Assembly: GCA_020845895.1 (NCBI GenBank)
Contig: JADLEX010000125.1
Span: forward strand, 49,729 to 113,728
DNA: 64,000 bases
Direction of reading: 5' to 3'
DNA from: Deltaproteobacteria bacterium
Lineage (GTDB): Bacteria; Lernaellota; Lernaellaia; JACKCT01
The notes below the pieces were generated by a model. The model was given only the letters and a program-made list of their open reading frames with translations, searched no databases and was not told the origin of the DNA. Both the position numbers and the translations under genes were made by a program. This document shows, piece by piece, positions 28,185 through 38,452 of the stretch. Positions within the stretch are counted from its first letter, which is position 1; each line of letters starts with the position of its first letter.

Positions 28185-28202
28185 AGTATTCGATTGAATA
28201 CT
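28185..28202. promoter_or_regulatory. Perfect inverted repeat AGTATTC-GATT-GAATACT 23 nt upstream of the ArsR-rhodanese start; candidate operator
   Basis: Read directly. It sits in an AT-rich patch within the divergent promoter region. Confidence 0.45.
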
Positions 28203-28359
28203 ATAAGTCGAGCGCGCCGTCAAGGGCGCCTCCTCGGGTTGTGCCCGCGACGGTGAAATCCTGACCGAGAATAACTTCGAGTTCGCGCACCTTTGAAAAC
28301 CGAGCGCCGCTGTGAAAGAATCTGAACGTGCGCCCCGTTCGGCGCGCGAGGTGACGCGG

Positions 28360-28854
28360 ATGCCGCTGCGCGTGAAAATCATCGCCCCTTTGTTGGCCGT
28401 TTGCCTGCTGTTGACGGTCGCGACGGCGCTGGCCGCGCCCGAGAAGTGCCGCAAGGAGATCTGGCCCGAGGCGTGGCAGTTCTACGGCGACAAGGACGCC
28501 AAGACCCTGAACTGCGACGACTACGAGTACCGCCTCGTCGATCTCAACGACGACGGTGAGAACGAACTGCTCGTCTACAAGCGCACCGTCGCGTGCCCCT
28601 TCGGCGGCGCGTGCACGCACGAACTCTGGGGCCGAACGGGCGGCGTCGCCAAGCGCCTGGCCACGCTGCCGGGTCGCGTGGAAGTCCAGAAGACGCGCAC
28701 CGAGGGCTGGCTCGACCTGGTCGTGTGGACGCAGCAGGCCGAGCGCCTCGTCTTCAAATGGGCGGGCGACGTCTACAAACAGAAGCCCGTGACAAAAAAG
28801 CCCGTCGAGATCCGGGAAGAGAACCCCGACGATCCGTGGAGTTCACTGCCGTAA
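28360..28854 (+). CDS. Secreted hypothetical protein (Cys-containing)
   Basis: Signal peptide MPLRVKIIAPLLAVCLLLTVATALA. Confidence 0.5.
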   Translation: MPLRVKIIAPLLAVCLLLTVATALAAPEKCRKEIWPEAWQFYGDKDAKTLNCDDYEYRLVDLNDDGENELLVYKRTVACPFGGACTHELWGRTGGVAKRLATLPGRVEVQKTRTEGWLDLVVWTQQAERLVFKWAGDVYKQKPVTKKPVEIREENPDDPWSSLP

Positions 28855-29045
28855 CGGCCCGATGGATCGCCTCGCCACCATCGAGGTCGTTCGCCGTCGA
28901 TTTGCCTTGCTTTTCGGATATGGACGGCTAACATCGCTCCGCTTTGTTCCGGCGCGCCGCGCCGGAATTTCCCGCGTTTCGCGGAATCGCCGAACGCGCC
29001 CCCGCATGCCGGGCCTGCGCGATTCGAATCTGGGGGATCACACCA

Positions 29046-30427
29046 TGGCCGAAATCCGCCGCCGTTCCTGGGCCGAGCCGTTCAAGATCAAGGTCGTCGA
29101 GCCGCTCAAGATCACTACGCGCGCCGAGCGCGAAGCCGCGATCCGCGAGGCGGGCTACAACACGTTTTTGCTCAAAAGCGAGGATGTCTACATCGACCTG
29201 CTCACCGACTCGGGCACATCGGCGATGTCCGACGCGCAGTGGGCCGCGATGATGATGGGCGACGAGGCCTACGCGGGCTCGAAGAATTTTTACTTCATGT
29301 GCGAGACCATCGAGAAATACTACGGCTACCGCCACGTCATCCCCACGCATCAGGGGCGCGGCGCGGAGCACATCCTCTCGCAGGTCATGATCCGGCCCGG
29401 CGACGTCGTCCCCGGCAACATGTACTTCACCACCACCAAGGTCCACCAGGAACTCGCCGGCGGCAAATTCGTCGATGTCATCATCGACGAGGCGCACGAC
29501 CCCGAGAGCACGCACCCCTTCAAGGGCAACATCGATCTCGCCAAGCTCGACGCGGTGGTGAAGCAGGTCGGCGCAGAGCGCGTGCCCTACGTCAGCTTCG
29601 AGGGCAACGTGAACATGGCGGGCGGCCAGCCCGTGAGCCTCGCGAATTTCAAGGAGGTGTACGAGTACTGCGCGGCCAAGGGCATCAAGGTCATGCTCGA
29701 CGCCACGCGCCTGATCGAAAACGCCTACTTCATAAAGATCCGCGAAGCGGGGCAGGGCGAACGCACCATCGAGGCGATTCTGCGCGAGATCTGCTCCTAC
29801 GCCGACGGCATGACGATGTCGTCGAAAAAAGACCACCTCGTGAACATCGGCGGCTTCCTCGCCGTGAACGACGAGGCCATCGCGCAAAAAGCGCGCGAGA
29901 TGGTCGTCATCTACGAGGGCCTGCACACCTACGGCGGCATGGCCGGGCGCGACATGCAGGCGCTCGCGCAGGGCATCATCGAGGCCGTGCAGTTCGACCA
30001 CATGCGCGCGCGCGTCGGCCAGGTCGAGTACCTCGGCCAAAAACTGCTCGACCACGGCATCCCGATCGTCGTTCCCATCGGCGGCCACGCGGTGTACCTG
30101 AACGCCAAGAAATTCCTGCCGCACATCGATCAGGATCAGTTCCCCGCGCAGGCGCTCGCGGCCGAGCTCTATCTCGACTCCGGCGTGCGCGCCATGGAGC
30201 GCGGCAACGTCTCCGCCGGGCGCGGCGCCGACGGCAAGAATATGCGCCCACGCCTCGAACTCGTGCGCCTCACCATCCCGCGACGCGTGTACACGCAGGC
30301 CCACATGGACGTGACGTGGGAGTCGATCTGCGACCTCTACGAAAAGCGAGACGCGATTCGCGGACTGCGTTTCACGTACGAGCCCGACACGCTGCGCTTC
30401 TTCCAGGCGCGATTCGAGCCCGTTTGA
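29046..30427 (+). CDS. Tryptophanase / tyrosine phenol-lyase (beta-eliminating lyase family, PLP)
   Basis: Near-collinear similarity to E. coli TnaA as recalled: FKIKVVEPLK.TTR, FLLKSEDVYIDLLTDSGT, IPTHQGRGAEHI, GGQPVSLAN, ENAYFIK.REA, SSKKD, LTIPRRVYTQAHMD and FTYEP. Confidence 0.85.
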
Positions 30428-30455
30428 CGGCATCTCGCCGTCGTCAGCGCCGCGT

Positions 30456-30503
30456 GGCGTGAGACCCCTCACGCCCGCGCGCCCCGCTTTTCGCGCGGGA
30501 CAT
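30456..30503 (+). terminator. Two consecutive GC hairpins after the lyase gene (GGCGTGAG-ACCCC-TCACGCC; CCCGCGCG-N10-CGCGCGGG with TTTT in loop)
   Basis: Read directly. Confidence 0.4.
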
Positions 30504-30552
30504 GATCCGGGTCGTGAAATGACCATCCGCCCTGTGGTAGGATGACCGCGAA

Positions 30553-31371
30553 ATGAGCGAATCCGGCGCAAAACCGCTGCGGCAGGTCGCCCTGCTGTTT
30601 TCCGGGGGCATCGACTCGGCGATGTCGGCGGTGAAGCTCGCCGAGGTCTACGACCGCGTTCACCTCGTCAGCTACGAAAACGGCTTCGGCCACTACAAAC
30701 TCGGCCGCACCAAAAAGCGCTACCGCGAGATCGCCCGCCGCTTCCCCGAAGGCCGCTTCACGCACTCCCTCATGAGCACGCGCGAGCTGTTCGAGCCGCT
30801 CATGAAAGAAGCGACGACGGTCAACTACCAGAAAACCAAGTCGGGCTTCGTGTGGTGCATGAGCTGCAAGCTCGCCATGCACACGCGCACCATCGCGTAC
30901 TGCGTCGAGCACGGCGTCGACCGCGTGGCCGACGGCTCGTCGTCCTCCACGACCGAGATGGTCGAGCAGGCGCCGTTTTCCATCAACAGCGTGCGCCGCT
31001 TCTACGAAGAGTACGGCATCGGCTTCGAGACGCCGGTCTACAACCGCACCCGCGAGGAATCGATCAACGAGCTGCGTTCGATGGGCTTCAAGATGGGCAT
31101 CCGCATCGGCGACCGCTTCCTCGGCATCCAGCCCAAGTGCAAGGCGGGCGAGCTGTACTACCTGCCCTACCTGCTCATGGGCACTTACCCGGATCATAAG
31201 GAAGAAGAGGTCGTCGAGTTCATCGACGACAAGCTGCACTTCGCCCGGGCGTGGATCCGCGACTACTGCGCGGCGAAGGGGCTGGCGATTCCCGGTCCGC
31301 GCGAGCATGACATCGCAACGCCGGCGGCACCCGAAACGCGACTCCATCCGCTGCGGGAGGCGACGGCATGA
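30553..31371 (+). CDS. PP-loop (adenine nucleotide alpha-hydrolase) superfamily ATPase, function unknown
   Basis: LLFSGGIDSAMSA PP-loop motif. Cys residues cluster at WCMSCK. Confidence 0.6.
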   Translation: MSESGAKPLRQVALLFSGGIDSAMSAVKLAEVYDRVHLVSYENGFGHYKLGRTKKRYREIARRFPEGRFTHSLMSTRELFEPLMKEATTVNYQKTKSGFVWCMSCKLAMHTRTIAYCVEHGVDRVADGSSSSTTEMVEQAPFSINSVRRFYEEYGIGFETPVYNRTREESINELRSMGFKMGIRIGDRFLGIQPKCKAGELYYLPYLLMGTYPDHKEEEVVEFIDDKLHFARAWIRDYCAAKGLAIPGPREHDIATPAAPETRLHPLREATA

Positions 31372-31769
31372 GCGTCTGGAGCGCGTTGACCGAGCGGTTC
31401 AATCCGCCGACCGAAAAGAAGCGGTGCTGCCACACGGCGGTGTCGGGCCTCGTGATGGATCACCCCGCCACGCGCACCCTGCTGCCGCCGGCACTGCGCC
31501 GCTCCCTCGGCCTGTTCATCCTGGTCTCGGCGCACGTGTTCACCACGTGCTGGCTCGCGCTCGTCAGCGTCTTCCGCCCGCGCTACCGCCACGTGCTGCG
31601 TTTCCAGCGGCAGTACTTCCGCGACGTGCTTGCGCGCGAACTGTACCCGCCCGAACCCGCCTGCGCCGCCGGCCCCGTCATCCGCACCAGCGCCGGAGAC
31701 AACGAGGAATCCTCCATCCCCAGGTCCCGGTCCCGAGGACAGAACCCTTCTTCACACGCGGAGCAATGA
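31368..31769 (+). CDS. Possible small membrane protein (uncertain)
   Basis: ATGA overlap with the upstream gene and one TM helix. It overlaps a convergent ORF, so one of the two may be spurious. Confidence 0.25.
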   Translation: MSVWSALTERFNPPTEKKRCCHTAVSGLVMDHPATRTLLPPALRRSLGLFILVSAHVFTTCWLALVSVFRPRYRHVLRFQRQYFRDVLARELYPPEPACAAGPVIRTSAGDNEESSIPRSRSRGQNPSSHAEQ

Positions 31770-32413
31770 TCGTAAGCCTGCGGCAACGTCATCGCCCCCA
31801 GCGCCGTTACGAAGGTCTTCTCCCGACGACCCGCATATCGGTCCTCCTTCCCGCAGCGGCCAGGAAGCCTCGACCCCGCCAGGTCCGACGCATCCGCGTT
31901 CGGGCGCGCCTCCACCGCGCGGGCCGCCAGAAGCAACGCCTGCCGGCGCGCCGCCGTCTCGATGGCCGCGAAGTCCAGGTCCGCGGCCGATCCCGGTCCG
32001 ATCAGCGTTTCGATTTCGGCGACGATCTCCGCCGCGAAGGCGATTTTGAAGCCCCCTTTTTGCCCGCCTCGGAAGAGGCCGCCCGGGATTCGTCCAACTC
32101 GGCATCGGCCCAGTGCTCGCAGGCCCCCCAATAGGCATCGACCAACCGGCGGAATTCCTGACCGGCCTCGACCTGCCGTCGCAGCAACGACGCCTGCTCC
32201 GCCGAAACCCAGCGCGAGACCGTCTTGCCCCCGATAACGCGCACCAAACTGACGTAAGGACCGTGACGCGCCCCGGGATCCCCGGCGCACGGGCAACCCG
32301 GCTTGTTGCACTTGACGTATCGCTCCGAAACCGACCCCCGACGCATCGGGCGAGATTCGATCAATCGTGCGAGTAGATCGCGAACCAGCTCCGGAATGGC
32401 GGGCAGTATCGGC
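31583..32413 (-). pseudogene. Hypothetical protein with N-terminal Cys-rich zinc-ribbon-like region (KCNKPGCPCAG), split into two overlapping frames at an AAAAAGGGGG run (-1 shift); frameshifted gene, programmed frameshift, or sequencing error
   Basis: ORF 32002..32460 (frame 1) and ORF 31583..32311 (-1 frame) are both protein-like. They switch at GGC-AAA-AAG-GGG (plus-strand 32052-32061 is CCCCCTTTTT). Confidence 0.45.
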
Positions 32414-32580
32414 ATGACATCCTCCTTGCGACCATTATATTCGCAAGATCGACACGGCACAAATACCCCCCACTCATTCCTTTAACACTCCTGACGTGCG
32501 CCCGATCCGCGCACCTCGATTGACATCCAGGTCGTGAAAGATCAACAATTTCCATTCGTTCTTCAACCTGTGGAGCCGCC

Positions 32581-33756
32581 ATGACCGCATTTCGGTTCGC
32601 CATCGTCGCACTTCTGGTCAGCGTACTTTTCACGGGAGGGTGTGACGAGGGCGACTCGGCCTCCTCCGACCGTTCCGGAGGGGGAGACGATGATGTGGTC
32701 GCATCCGATGACGACGCCCAATCCGACGCACCGACCGACGACGACGACGCGGGCGGGTCGACAATCACGTCGAGCGGTTCGCTCCTCGAGCGGTTCCTGC
32801 CCGTGATCGTCCAGCAGCTTCCGCCGGACGATTTCGAACTGCCCTATCCGCCCGAATACGATTTGATGGGTGAGGTTCACCTCGGGCCGGGCGACGAGGA
32901 GTTTTTGCACATCGTTTCGGTCGATACGAACGCACCTACGGTTTATGCGACGGTGCGCCACACGCAAATCGGCGAGCATGTTTTCTCGCAGCTCATTTAC
33001 GCGACGTTCTATCCGGCGCGCGCGCCGCACGTGACGTTCGCCCAAAACCCGATCAAGTACATCCCCGAGTACCTCGATTCGGGCGCGATCGACGGCAAGG
33101 TCATTCGCATCACCCTCGACGCCACGGAGCAGGTGCCGCTGTTCATCGAAGTCGCACGGACGTGCGGTTGCGACTGGAAGCTCTTCGTCAACCGCGCCGT
33201 GGACGACGCCGCGCGCGCCGAGGCCGAAGCGGCCGACCTCGCGTACACGGGCCTGATCGATCCCAAGGCGCCGCACGACGTGCCCTACGTGTGGATCATG
33301 CCCGCGGACTTCATGGTTCCGGACGCGCGGCCCGTGGTCGTCGCCGACTGGGGCTGGGACGACTATCCCCATCAGGTGCAGGGGTCGTTCACGAGCGTCG
33401 AGCAGTGGATCGGATCGGATCTCGATGTCGAATCGGGCGTGGTCTACGCTCCGGAAGGCGCCGCGATCGGCGACGAAGCGGCGCTGCCGGTCGAGACGTA
33501 CGCGGCGATGGACTACGACACGCTCTACACGATGCCGTCGGGCGACGAGCCCGGCATCGGCATCTTCGACGGGCGAGGCTACATCTGGAATTCGTACGCG
33601 CGTTGGGCGTGCTGGGAATGCTGGGGACCGAACGCGTTGTTCGCGGGAACGCCGCGCGATCTCGCCGAGCTCGAGGTCGTTCACGAAACCCTGCACTACT
33701 GGGACGCCGAAACGCTCATCGGGCGTTTCATCACGCTGCCGGCGTCGATCTTCTAA
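32581..33756 (+). CDS. Lipoprotein with poly-Asp linker (hypothetical)
   Basis: Lipobox LFTGGC followed by a DEGDSASSDRSGGGDDDVVASDDDAQSD...DDDD acidic tract. Confidence 0.55.
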   Translation: MTAFRFAIVALLVSVLFTGGCDEGDSASSDRSGGGDDDVVASDDDAQSDAPTDDDDAGGSTITSSGSLLERFLPVIVQQLPPDDFELPYPPEYDLMGEVHLGPGDEEFLHIVSVDTNAPTVYATVRHTQIGEHVFSQLIYATFYPARAPHVTFAQNPIKYIPEYLDSGAIDGKVIRITLDATEQVPLFIEVARTCGCDWKLFVNRAVDDAARAEAEAADLAYTGLIDPKAPHDVPYVWIMPADFMVPDARPVVVADWGWDDYPHQVQGSFTSVEQWIGSDLDVESGVVYAPEGAAIGDEAALPVETYAAMDYDTLYTMPSGDEPGIGIFDGRGYIWNSYARWACWECWGPNALFAGTPRDLAELEVVHETLHYWDAETLIGRFITLPASIF

Positions 33757-33775
33757 CGCGCGAACGGAGAGCGAC

Positions 33776-34846
33776 GTGTTCGCCGACTGGCTGATCTACG
33801 GCGCGAACGGCTACACGACCGAGCTGGTGCTGGAACTCCTCGCGGCGCGGGGTTTGCATCCCATCCTCGCGGGGCGGCGCGAGGAGTCGATCCGTCCCAT
33901 CGCCGAAAAGTTCGGGCTCGCGTATCGCCTGTTCGCGCTGGACGATCCGGCGGCGGTGAAAAAAGGCATCGAGGGCGTTCGCGTCGTCGTGAATTTGGCC
34001 GGACCGTATTCGCGCACCGCGAAGCCGATGGTGGAGGCATGCATCGCGACGGGCGCGCATTATCTCGACATCACCGGCGAGATCGACGTCTTCGAGTGGG
34101 TGATGTCGAAGCGCGCCGAAGCCGAGCGCGCGGGGTGCGTGCTCATCTCCGGCGTCGGGTTCGACGTGGTGCCCACCGATTGCCTGGCGAAGATGCTCGC
34201 CGAAGCCATGCCCGACGCGCGCGAACTGGAACTCGCGTTTTCGCCGTTCGGGTCGGGCGGAGCCGGCGTCAGCCGGGGCACGCTCAAGACGATGCTCGAA
34301 AACATCGGTCGCGGCGCGCGCGTGCGCATCGACGGCGAGATCCGCGCGGTGCCCTTCGACTGGCGAACGCCGCGCATTCGCTTCGCGCAGGGCGAACGCT
34401 CGTGCGTGACGCTGCCCTGGGGCGACGTCTCCACCGCGTTTCACTCCACCGGCATCCCGAACGTCTGCGTGTACATGGCCGCACCGGGTTCTTTCGCGCG
34501 GACCATGCGGATCCTGCGTCCGGTGATCGCGCCCGCGCCCGTGCACCGCGCGCTGCAATGGATCGTGACGCGCGCGATGACGGGCCCGGATCGCGCGCAT
34601 CGCGAGAAATCGGCCTCGGGCATCTGGGGCCGCGTGACCAACGCGGCGGGTGACACCGTCGAGGCGACGCTCACGTGCCCCGAGGGTTACACGCTCACCG
34701 CCGAGAGCACGCTGGCGGCGCTGGATCGCGTGCTCGCGGGCGGGGCGCGCCCCGGCGCGTGGACGCCGTCGGTCGCGTTCGGCGCGGATTTCGTGCGCGG
34801 TCTTTCGAACGTGTGGGTGTCCGAGCTCCGCGCGGGACGGCGATAG
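33776..34846 (+). CDS. Saccharopine dehydrogenase NADP-binding domain family protein
   Basis: GTG start; N-terminal Rossmann motif IYGANGYTTELVLELL. Confidence 0.7.
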   Translation: MFADWLIYGANGYTTELVLELLAARGLHPILAGRREESIRPIAEKFGLAYRLFALDDPAAVKKGIEGVRVVVNLAGPYSRTAKPMVEACIATGAHYLDITGEIDVFEWVMSKRAEAERAGCVLISGVGFDVVPTDCLAKMLAEAMPDARELELAFSPFGSGGAGVSRGTLKTMLENIGRGARVRIDGEIRAVPFDWRTPRIRFAQGERSCVTLPWGDVSTAFHSTGIPNVCVYMAAPGSFARTMRILRPVIAPAPVHRALQWIVTRAMTGPDRAHREKSASGIWGRVTNAAGDTVEATLTCPEGYTLTAESTLAALDRVLAGGARPGAWTPSVAFGADFVRGLSNVWVSELRAGRR

Positions 34847-34923
34847 ACCGCGCCGCGTCGCGCGATCTGGACAGGCCCGCCCCGATCCCGTAATCGTGAA
34901 CATTCCCGTTGACAGGGGATATC

Positions 34924-35610
34924 ATGACCATTCGGGATTCCGCGAAAAAACAGGTGGCCGAGTTCGGTCAGGCCGTACGCAAGGACTTTCGCAGCCTCTT
35001 CCTCACCGGGCTGCTCGTCATCATCCCCCTCTGGGTCACGTACCTGACGATCCGGTTCCTCATCGGGATCGCGGACGACGCCGTGTTGATCCTGCCTCCC
35101 GGGCTGCGTCCCGAAAATCTGCTCGGATTTCACATCCCCGGCTCGGGCCTCGTCGTCGCGATCCTCATCATCCTCGTCGCCGGGTTCGTCGCCCGTAACG
35201 TGCTGGGAAAAAAGCTGGTGAAGTGGGGCGAGGATGTGATCGCGAGAATCCCGCTGGTGCGCAGCGTGTATTCCGCCATCAAGAAATTCACGTACACGAT
35301 TCTCGGGAACAACCAGAATTTTCAGCGAGCCGTCATCATCGAGTATCCCCGCACGGGCGCGTGGACGATCGGCTTTGTCACAAACCGCGCCGAAAAGAGT
35401 CAGCTCTCCGCGGATTTTCCTGAGGACATGCTTGCGGTCTTCGTGACGACGACGCCGAACCCGACATCGGGGTGGGTGGTTTTTGTTCCCGAGCGCGACT
35501 GCATTCCGCTCGAAATGACCGTCGAAGAGGCGTTCAAGATCGTCGTGTCCGGCGGCGTCGTGATGCCGGAGAAGGTTGAACCGCGCGGGGAAACCCCGTC
35601 AGAAACGTAA
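34924..35610 (+). CDS. DUF502-family membrane protein
   Basis: Two N-terminal TM helices, then a conserved domain (LVRSVYSAIKKF...VIIEYPRTGAWTIGFVT). Confidence 0.65.
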   Translation: MTIRDSAKKQVAEFGQAVRKDFRSLFLTGLLVIIPLWVTYLTIRFLIGIADDAVLILPPGLRPENLLGFHIPGSGLVVAILIILVAGFVARNVLGKKLVKWGEDVIARIPLVRSVYSAIKKFTYTILGNNQNFQRAVIIEYPRTGAWTIGFVTNRAEKSQLSADFPEDMLAVFVTTTPNPTSGWVVFVPERDCIPLEMTVEEAFKIVVSGGVVMPEKVEPRGETPSET

Positions 35611-35622
35611 GAGTTCTGCGGC

Positions 35623-37491
35623 TCACCAGCCGATGTAGCCGAACAGTTCGTAAAGCGTTTCCTCGAGGAGCGGTTCCTCGCTCCAGATGCTGTAGCGCGC
35701 GTTGTCGTAACCGAAAAGCCGAGTCGGGTCGAAACCGCCCCCGACGTCTTCGGGCAAGTCCACCGCGACCGCGACGATCGGTTGGATCCAGGATGAATAA
35801 AATCCGAGGCCGGTGAACGGGATCGTCACGTCGAGCGCATCCGCGGGGAAGATTCCGAAGTACCGATCGAACCGTTCCGTCCAATCGCGTCGCATGGAAA
35901 TCATGACGTAATCCATGTCGGCCGCGTCGCCCGCGAACGCCCAGTGAAACGTCGACGTCAGATCGTCGTATCGCGTCACGGCGGCATCGAACTCCGGGGG
36001 AAAATCGGCATCGTCGATCACGAGGCCGCCCTGCCAATCTTCGACATTCTCGGCGTACCGTACGACGGCGGCGAGGGTGTGCGTGTCGAAGTGACCACGC
36101 AGAATGTCCGTGCGCGCGGCTGCTGCGAGGTAATCCGCGTCGGCGAGGTGTGCGGCGGCGAGCCGGGCCTGTCCGTCGGTCGCGACGCCGAACGACAGGG
36201 GCACGAGCGAACGGTTCGGCACCTCGGCGGCGAGCGCGAGCAGATAATCTCGATCCGACGCGCGATTCGCGATCGTCACATCGACCGCGGCGTCATCCGC
36301 GTCCACGCCCGTCAGATCGAGATCCGGCGAGTCGACCGGCTGCCAGGCCGGCGCCGTCGCGACGAACGGGAATTGAAGCCCCTCATTGAACAGGGGCTCC
36401 ACGATGGCGGCGAATGCCTCCCCGACGTCTCCGCCCTCGACGAACAGATACACGACCTGCAGGAACGTCGAGAAGTCCAGAATCTTCGAAACTTCGACCG
36501 AAAACAGAAACGCCGAAAGGGGAACGGTCGTCGCCCCGTCCGCAATCGGCACGCGATACGTCTCGTTCCCGCCCCAAAACCCCCACGTCACGATGTCGGG
36601 AATGTCGATGATGAGGTTGACGTACGGCAGGTAGAAATTCGCCGTCGCGTCGATGACCTCTTCGGGTTGGTGTTCGTTGTAGTACAGCCATTCGATGGGA
36701 AAGGTCGCGTCCGTCGCGAGGCCGCGATACACGGTTGACAACGCGGTCGACCGCGAGATCCCCGGCAGGACGAAGCCGGCAAACGCCGGCGCGGCGAAGA
36801 ACCCGCCGAGGTCCTGCGGATTGTCGAGCGCGAGGTCATCTCCGTCCACGCGGAAGACACCCTCGTCCGAATCGGTCACCGGGAATTCGCGGTCGAAAGG
36901 ACGCAGACGGAACATCATCACGCGCGCGTCGGCGAAATAACTCCACGAGCTGTAGTCGGTTCCCGCGGCGGAGACGAGCATCGCGCCGGGGTCGACGGTA
37001 AGTTCCGCGCGACCGTTCGAGTCCGTGTAGGCCGTGTCCGCGCCCGTGCCGGCGACGACAAACGCGCTCGCGACCGGAGTGCAGTCGGCATCGTCATACA
37101 CGTATACGACGATCGTGCCCTCGTTCGCGCCGCCGCCCATCATCACGCCCTCGCCCAGTCCCTCGGGGTCGGGTACGACGCACAGCAGTGCGTCGTACTT
37201 CTGATCCGGAACAGGAGGCGTGTCGTCGTCCGCGGGCTCCGGCGTCGGCTCGGGCGTGGGCTCGGGCGTCGGTCCGGGGAAAGGACTCGCGGGTTCGGCG
37301 ACATTTTCGGAATCGCCGGCAGGCGATCCGCGATCGTTGCCTCCGTCGTCGCGATAGTTGTCCGAGGCATCCTTCACGTCGGCGTACGTGGACGCCGTGG
37401 ACGAAGGATCTTCGTACGAACACGCGGCGATGACGAGGATGAAGAGCGAAGCAGCGATCAGAAAGGCGAACGGCGGTCTGCAAAGGGACAT
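35623..37491 (-). CDS. Large lipoprotein, hypothetical (PEPT repeats + acidic stretch)
   Basis: Lipobox VIAAC, followed by PEPTPEPTPEPADDDTPP. Confidence 0.55.
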   Translation of the reverse strand: MSLCRPPFAFLIAASLFILVIAACSYEDPSSTASTYADVKDASDNYRDDGGNDRGSPAGDSENVAEPASPFPGPTPEPTPEPTPEPADDDTPPVPDQKYDALLCVVPDPEGLGEGVMMGGGANEGTIVVYVYDDADCTPVASAFVVAGTGADTAYTDSNGRAELTVDPGAMLVSAAGTDYSSWSYFADARVMMFRLRPFDREFPVTDSDEGVFRVDGDDLALDNPQDLGGFFAAPAFAGFVLPGISRSTALSTVYRGLATDATFPIEWLYYNEHQPEEVIDATANFYLPYVNLIIDIPDIVTWGFWGGNETYRVPIADGATTVPLSAFLFSVEVSKILDFSTFLQVVYLFVEGGDVGEAFAAIVEPLFNEGLQFPFVATAPAWQPVDSPDLDLTGVDADDAAVDVTIANRASDRDYLLALAAEVPNRSLVPLSFGVATDGQARLAAAHLADADYLAAAARTDILRGHFDTHTLAAVVRYAENVEDWQGGLVIDDADFPPEFDAAVTRYDDLTSTFHWAFAGDAADMDYVMISMRRDWTERFDRYFGIFPADALDVTIPFTGLGFYSSWIQPIVAVAVDLPEDVGGGFDPTRLFGYDNARYSIWSEEPLLEETLYELFGYIGW

Positions 37492-37730
37492 GGCGCGACC
37501 CTCCCACTCGGGATGCTCAACCGATTCGTAAGCGCCATCATACTCCTTATTTTCGTTGTCAACGATTTTTTTGTTGTAATAACTCTTTTTTACATAGCCC
37601 TCCGGCGGACGCGGAGCGCATCGCGACGAAGCCCCCGCGCCGGGCGGCATAAAAACGGCGACGCTTTCTTCATCCCCCCGGCTTCGTGCTATGCTAGGCT
37701 CGCTTCCCGAAGACAACCGAGAGGTGCGCC

Positions 37731-38327
37731 ATGAGCGGGCCGGATTCCTGGTGGGCCACGCTGCCCATTTTCGAGAAAATCCTATGGATCATCGCGGTTC
37801 CGTCGTCGGTGCTCACGATCGCGCATGCGATTTTGGAGATTCTCGGCGCGGGCGACGCGGGTCACGACGTGGCGGGGCACGACCTCGCCGACATGGACAC
37901 CGACCTCGGCGGCCACGACGCGGGCGGCATGCATCTGTTCAGCTTCAAGGGCGTGGTGATTTTTTTCACCGCGTTTTCGTGGGTGGGCATCGTCGCGGTC
38001 AATTCCGGCATCGGCGTCGCGATCGCGTCGGTGCTCGGGCTCGCGGCGGGCGCCGTGTTCATGGTGCTCTTCGCGTGGATCTTTTACCTGCTCACGCGCA
38101 TGACCGAGGCGGGCAACACAAACGTCGACAACGCGATCCTGCAGAGCGGCGAGACCTACCTGCGCATTCCCGGCAACCGGTCGGGTTACGGCAAGGTGAT
38201 GGTTAAGATTCAGGGATCGCTGCGTGAACTGCGCGCGGTGACCGATGGCGACGAAATTCCCACGGGCAGCCCGATCCGCGTGGTCGACGTGATCGACGCG
38301 GAGACGCTGCTGGTGACAAAGGAATGA
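37731..38327 (+). CDS. NfeD-like membrane protein (YqiJ-like) with C-terminal OB-fold
   Basis: TM helices plus the C-terminal segment GKVMVKIQGSLRELRAVTDGDEIPTGSPIRVVDV. It sits upstream of a flotillin gene, which is the standard nfeD-SPFH operon arrangement. Confidence 0.7.
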   Translation: MSGPDSWWATLPIFEKILWIIAVPSSVLTIAHAILEILGAGDAGHDVAGHDLADMDTDLGGHDAGGMHLFSFKGVVIFFTAFSWVGIVAVNSGIGVAIASVLGLAAGAVFMVLFAWIFYLLTRMTEAGNTNVDNAILQSGETYLRIPGNRSGYGKVMVKIQGSLRELRAVTDGDEIPTGSPIRVVDVIDAETLLVTKE

Positions 38328-38334
38328 ATCAGGC

Positions 38335-38406
38335 CCTCACCCCGTTCCCCTCTCCCGCCGGGCGGGAGAGGGGTGCCCCGAGCTTGTCGAGGGGCGGGGT
38401 GAGGGG
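38335..38406. repeat. REP-like nested palindrome (CCCTCACCCCG...CCCCTCTCCCGCC-GG-GCGGGAGAGGGG...CGGGGTGAGGG); second copy of the element family seen at 22103-22170
   Basis: Read directly. It contains a 12-bp perfect inner stem. Confidence 0.6.
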
Positions 38407-38452
38407 CCCCACGACCCCGAAACCCATTGACCCCTAACCGAAGGAGTCTTTC

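Noticed and set aside
29010-29040. GATTCGAATC motif resembling a tRNA T-loop
   Set aside because: Flanking sequence cannot form T-stem, acceptor or anticodon arms. No tRNA, rRNA or CRISPR array was found anywhere in the window.
28862-29045. Upstream in-frame extension of the tryptophanase-like gene / possible TnaC-like leader peptide
   Set aside because: The extension has no RBS and lacks the conserved lyase N-terminus. It contains no Trp-containing TnaC-like peptide. It is treated as a 5' leader of unknown function.
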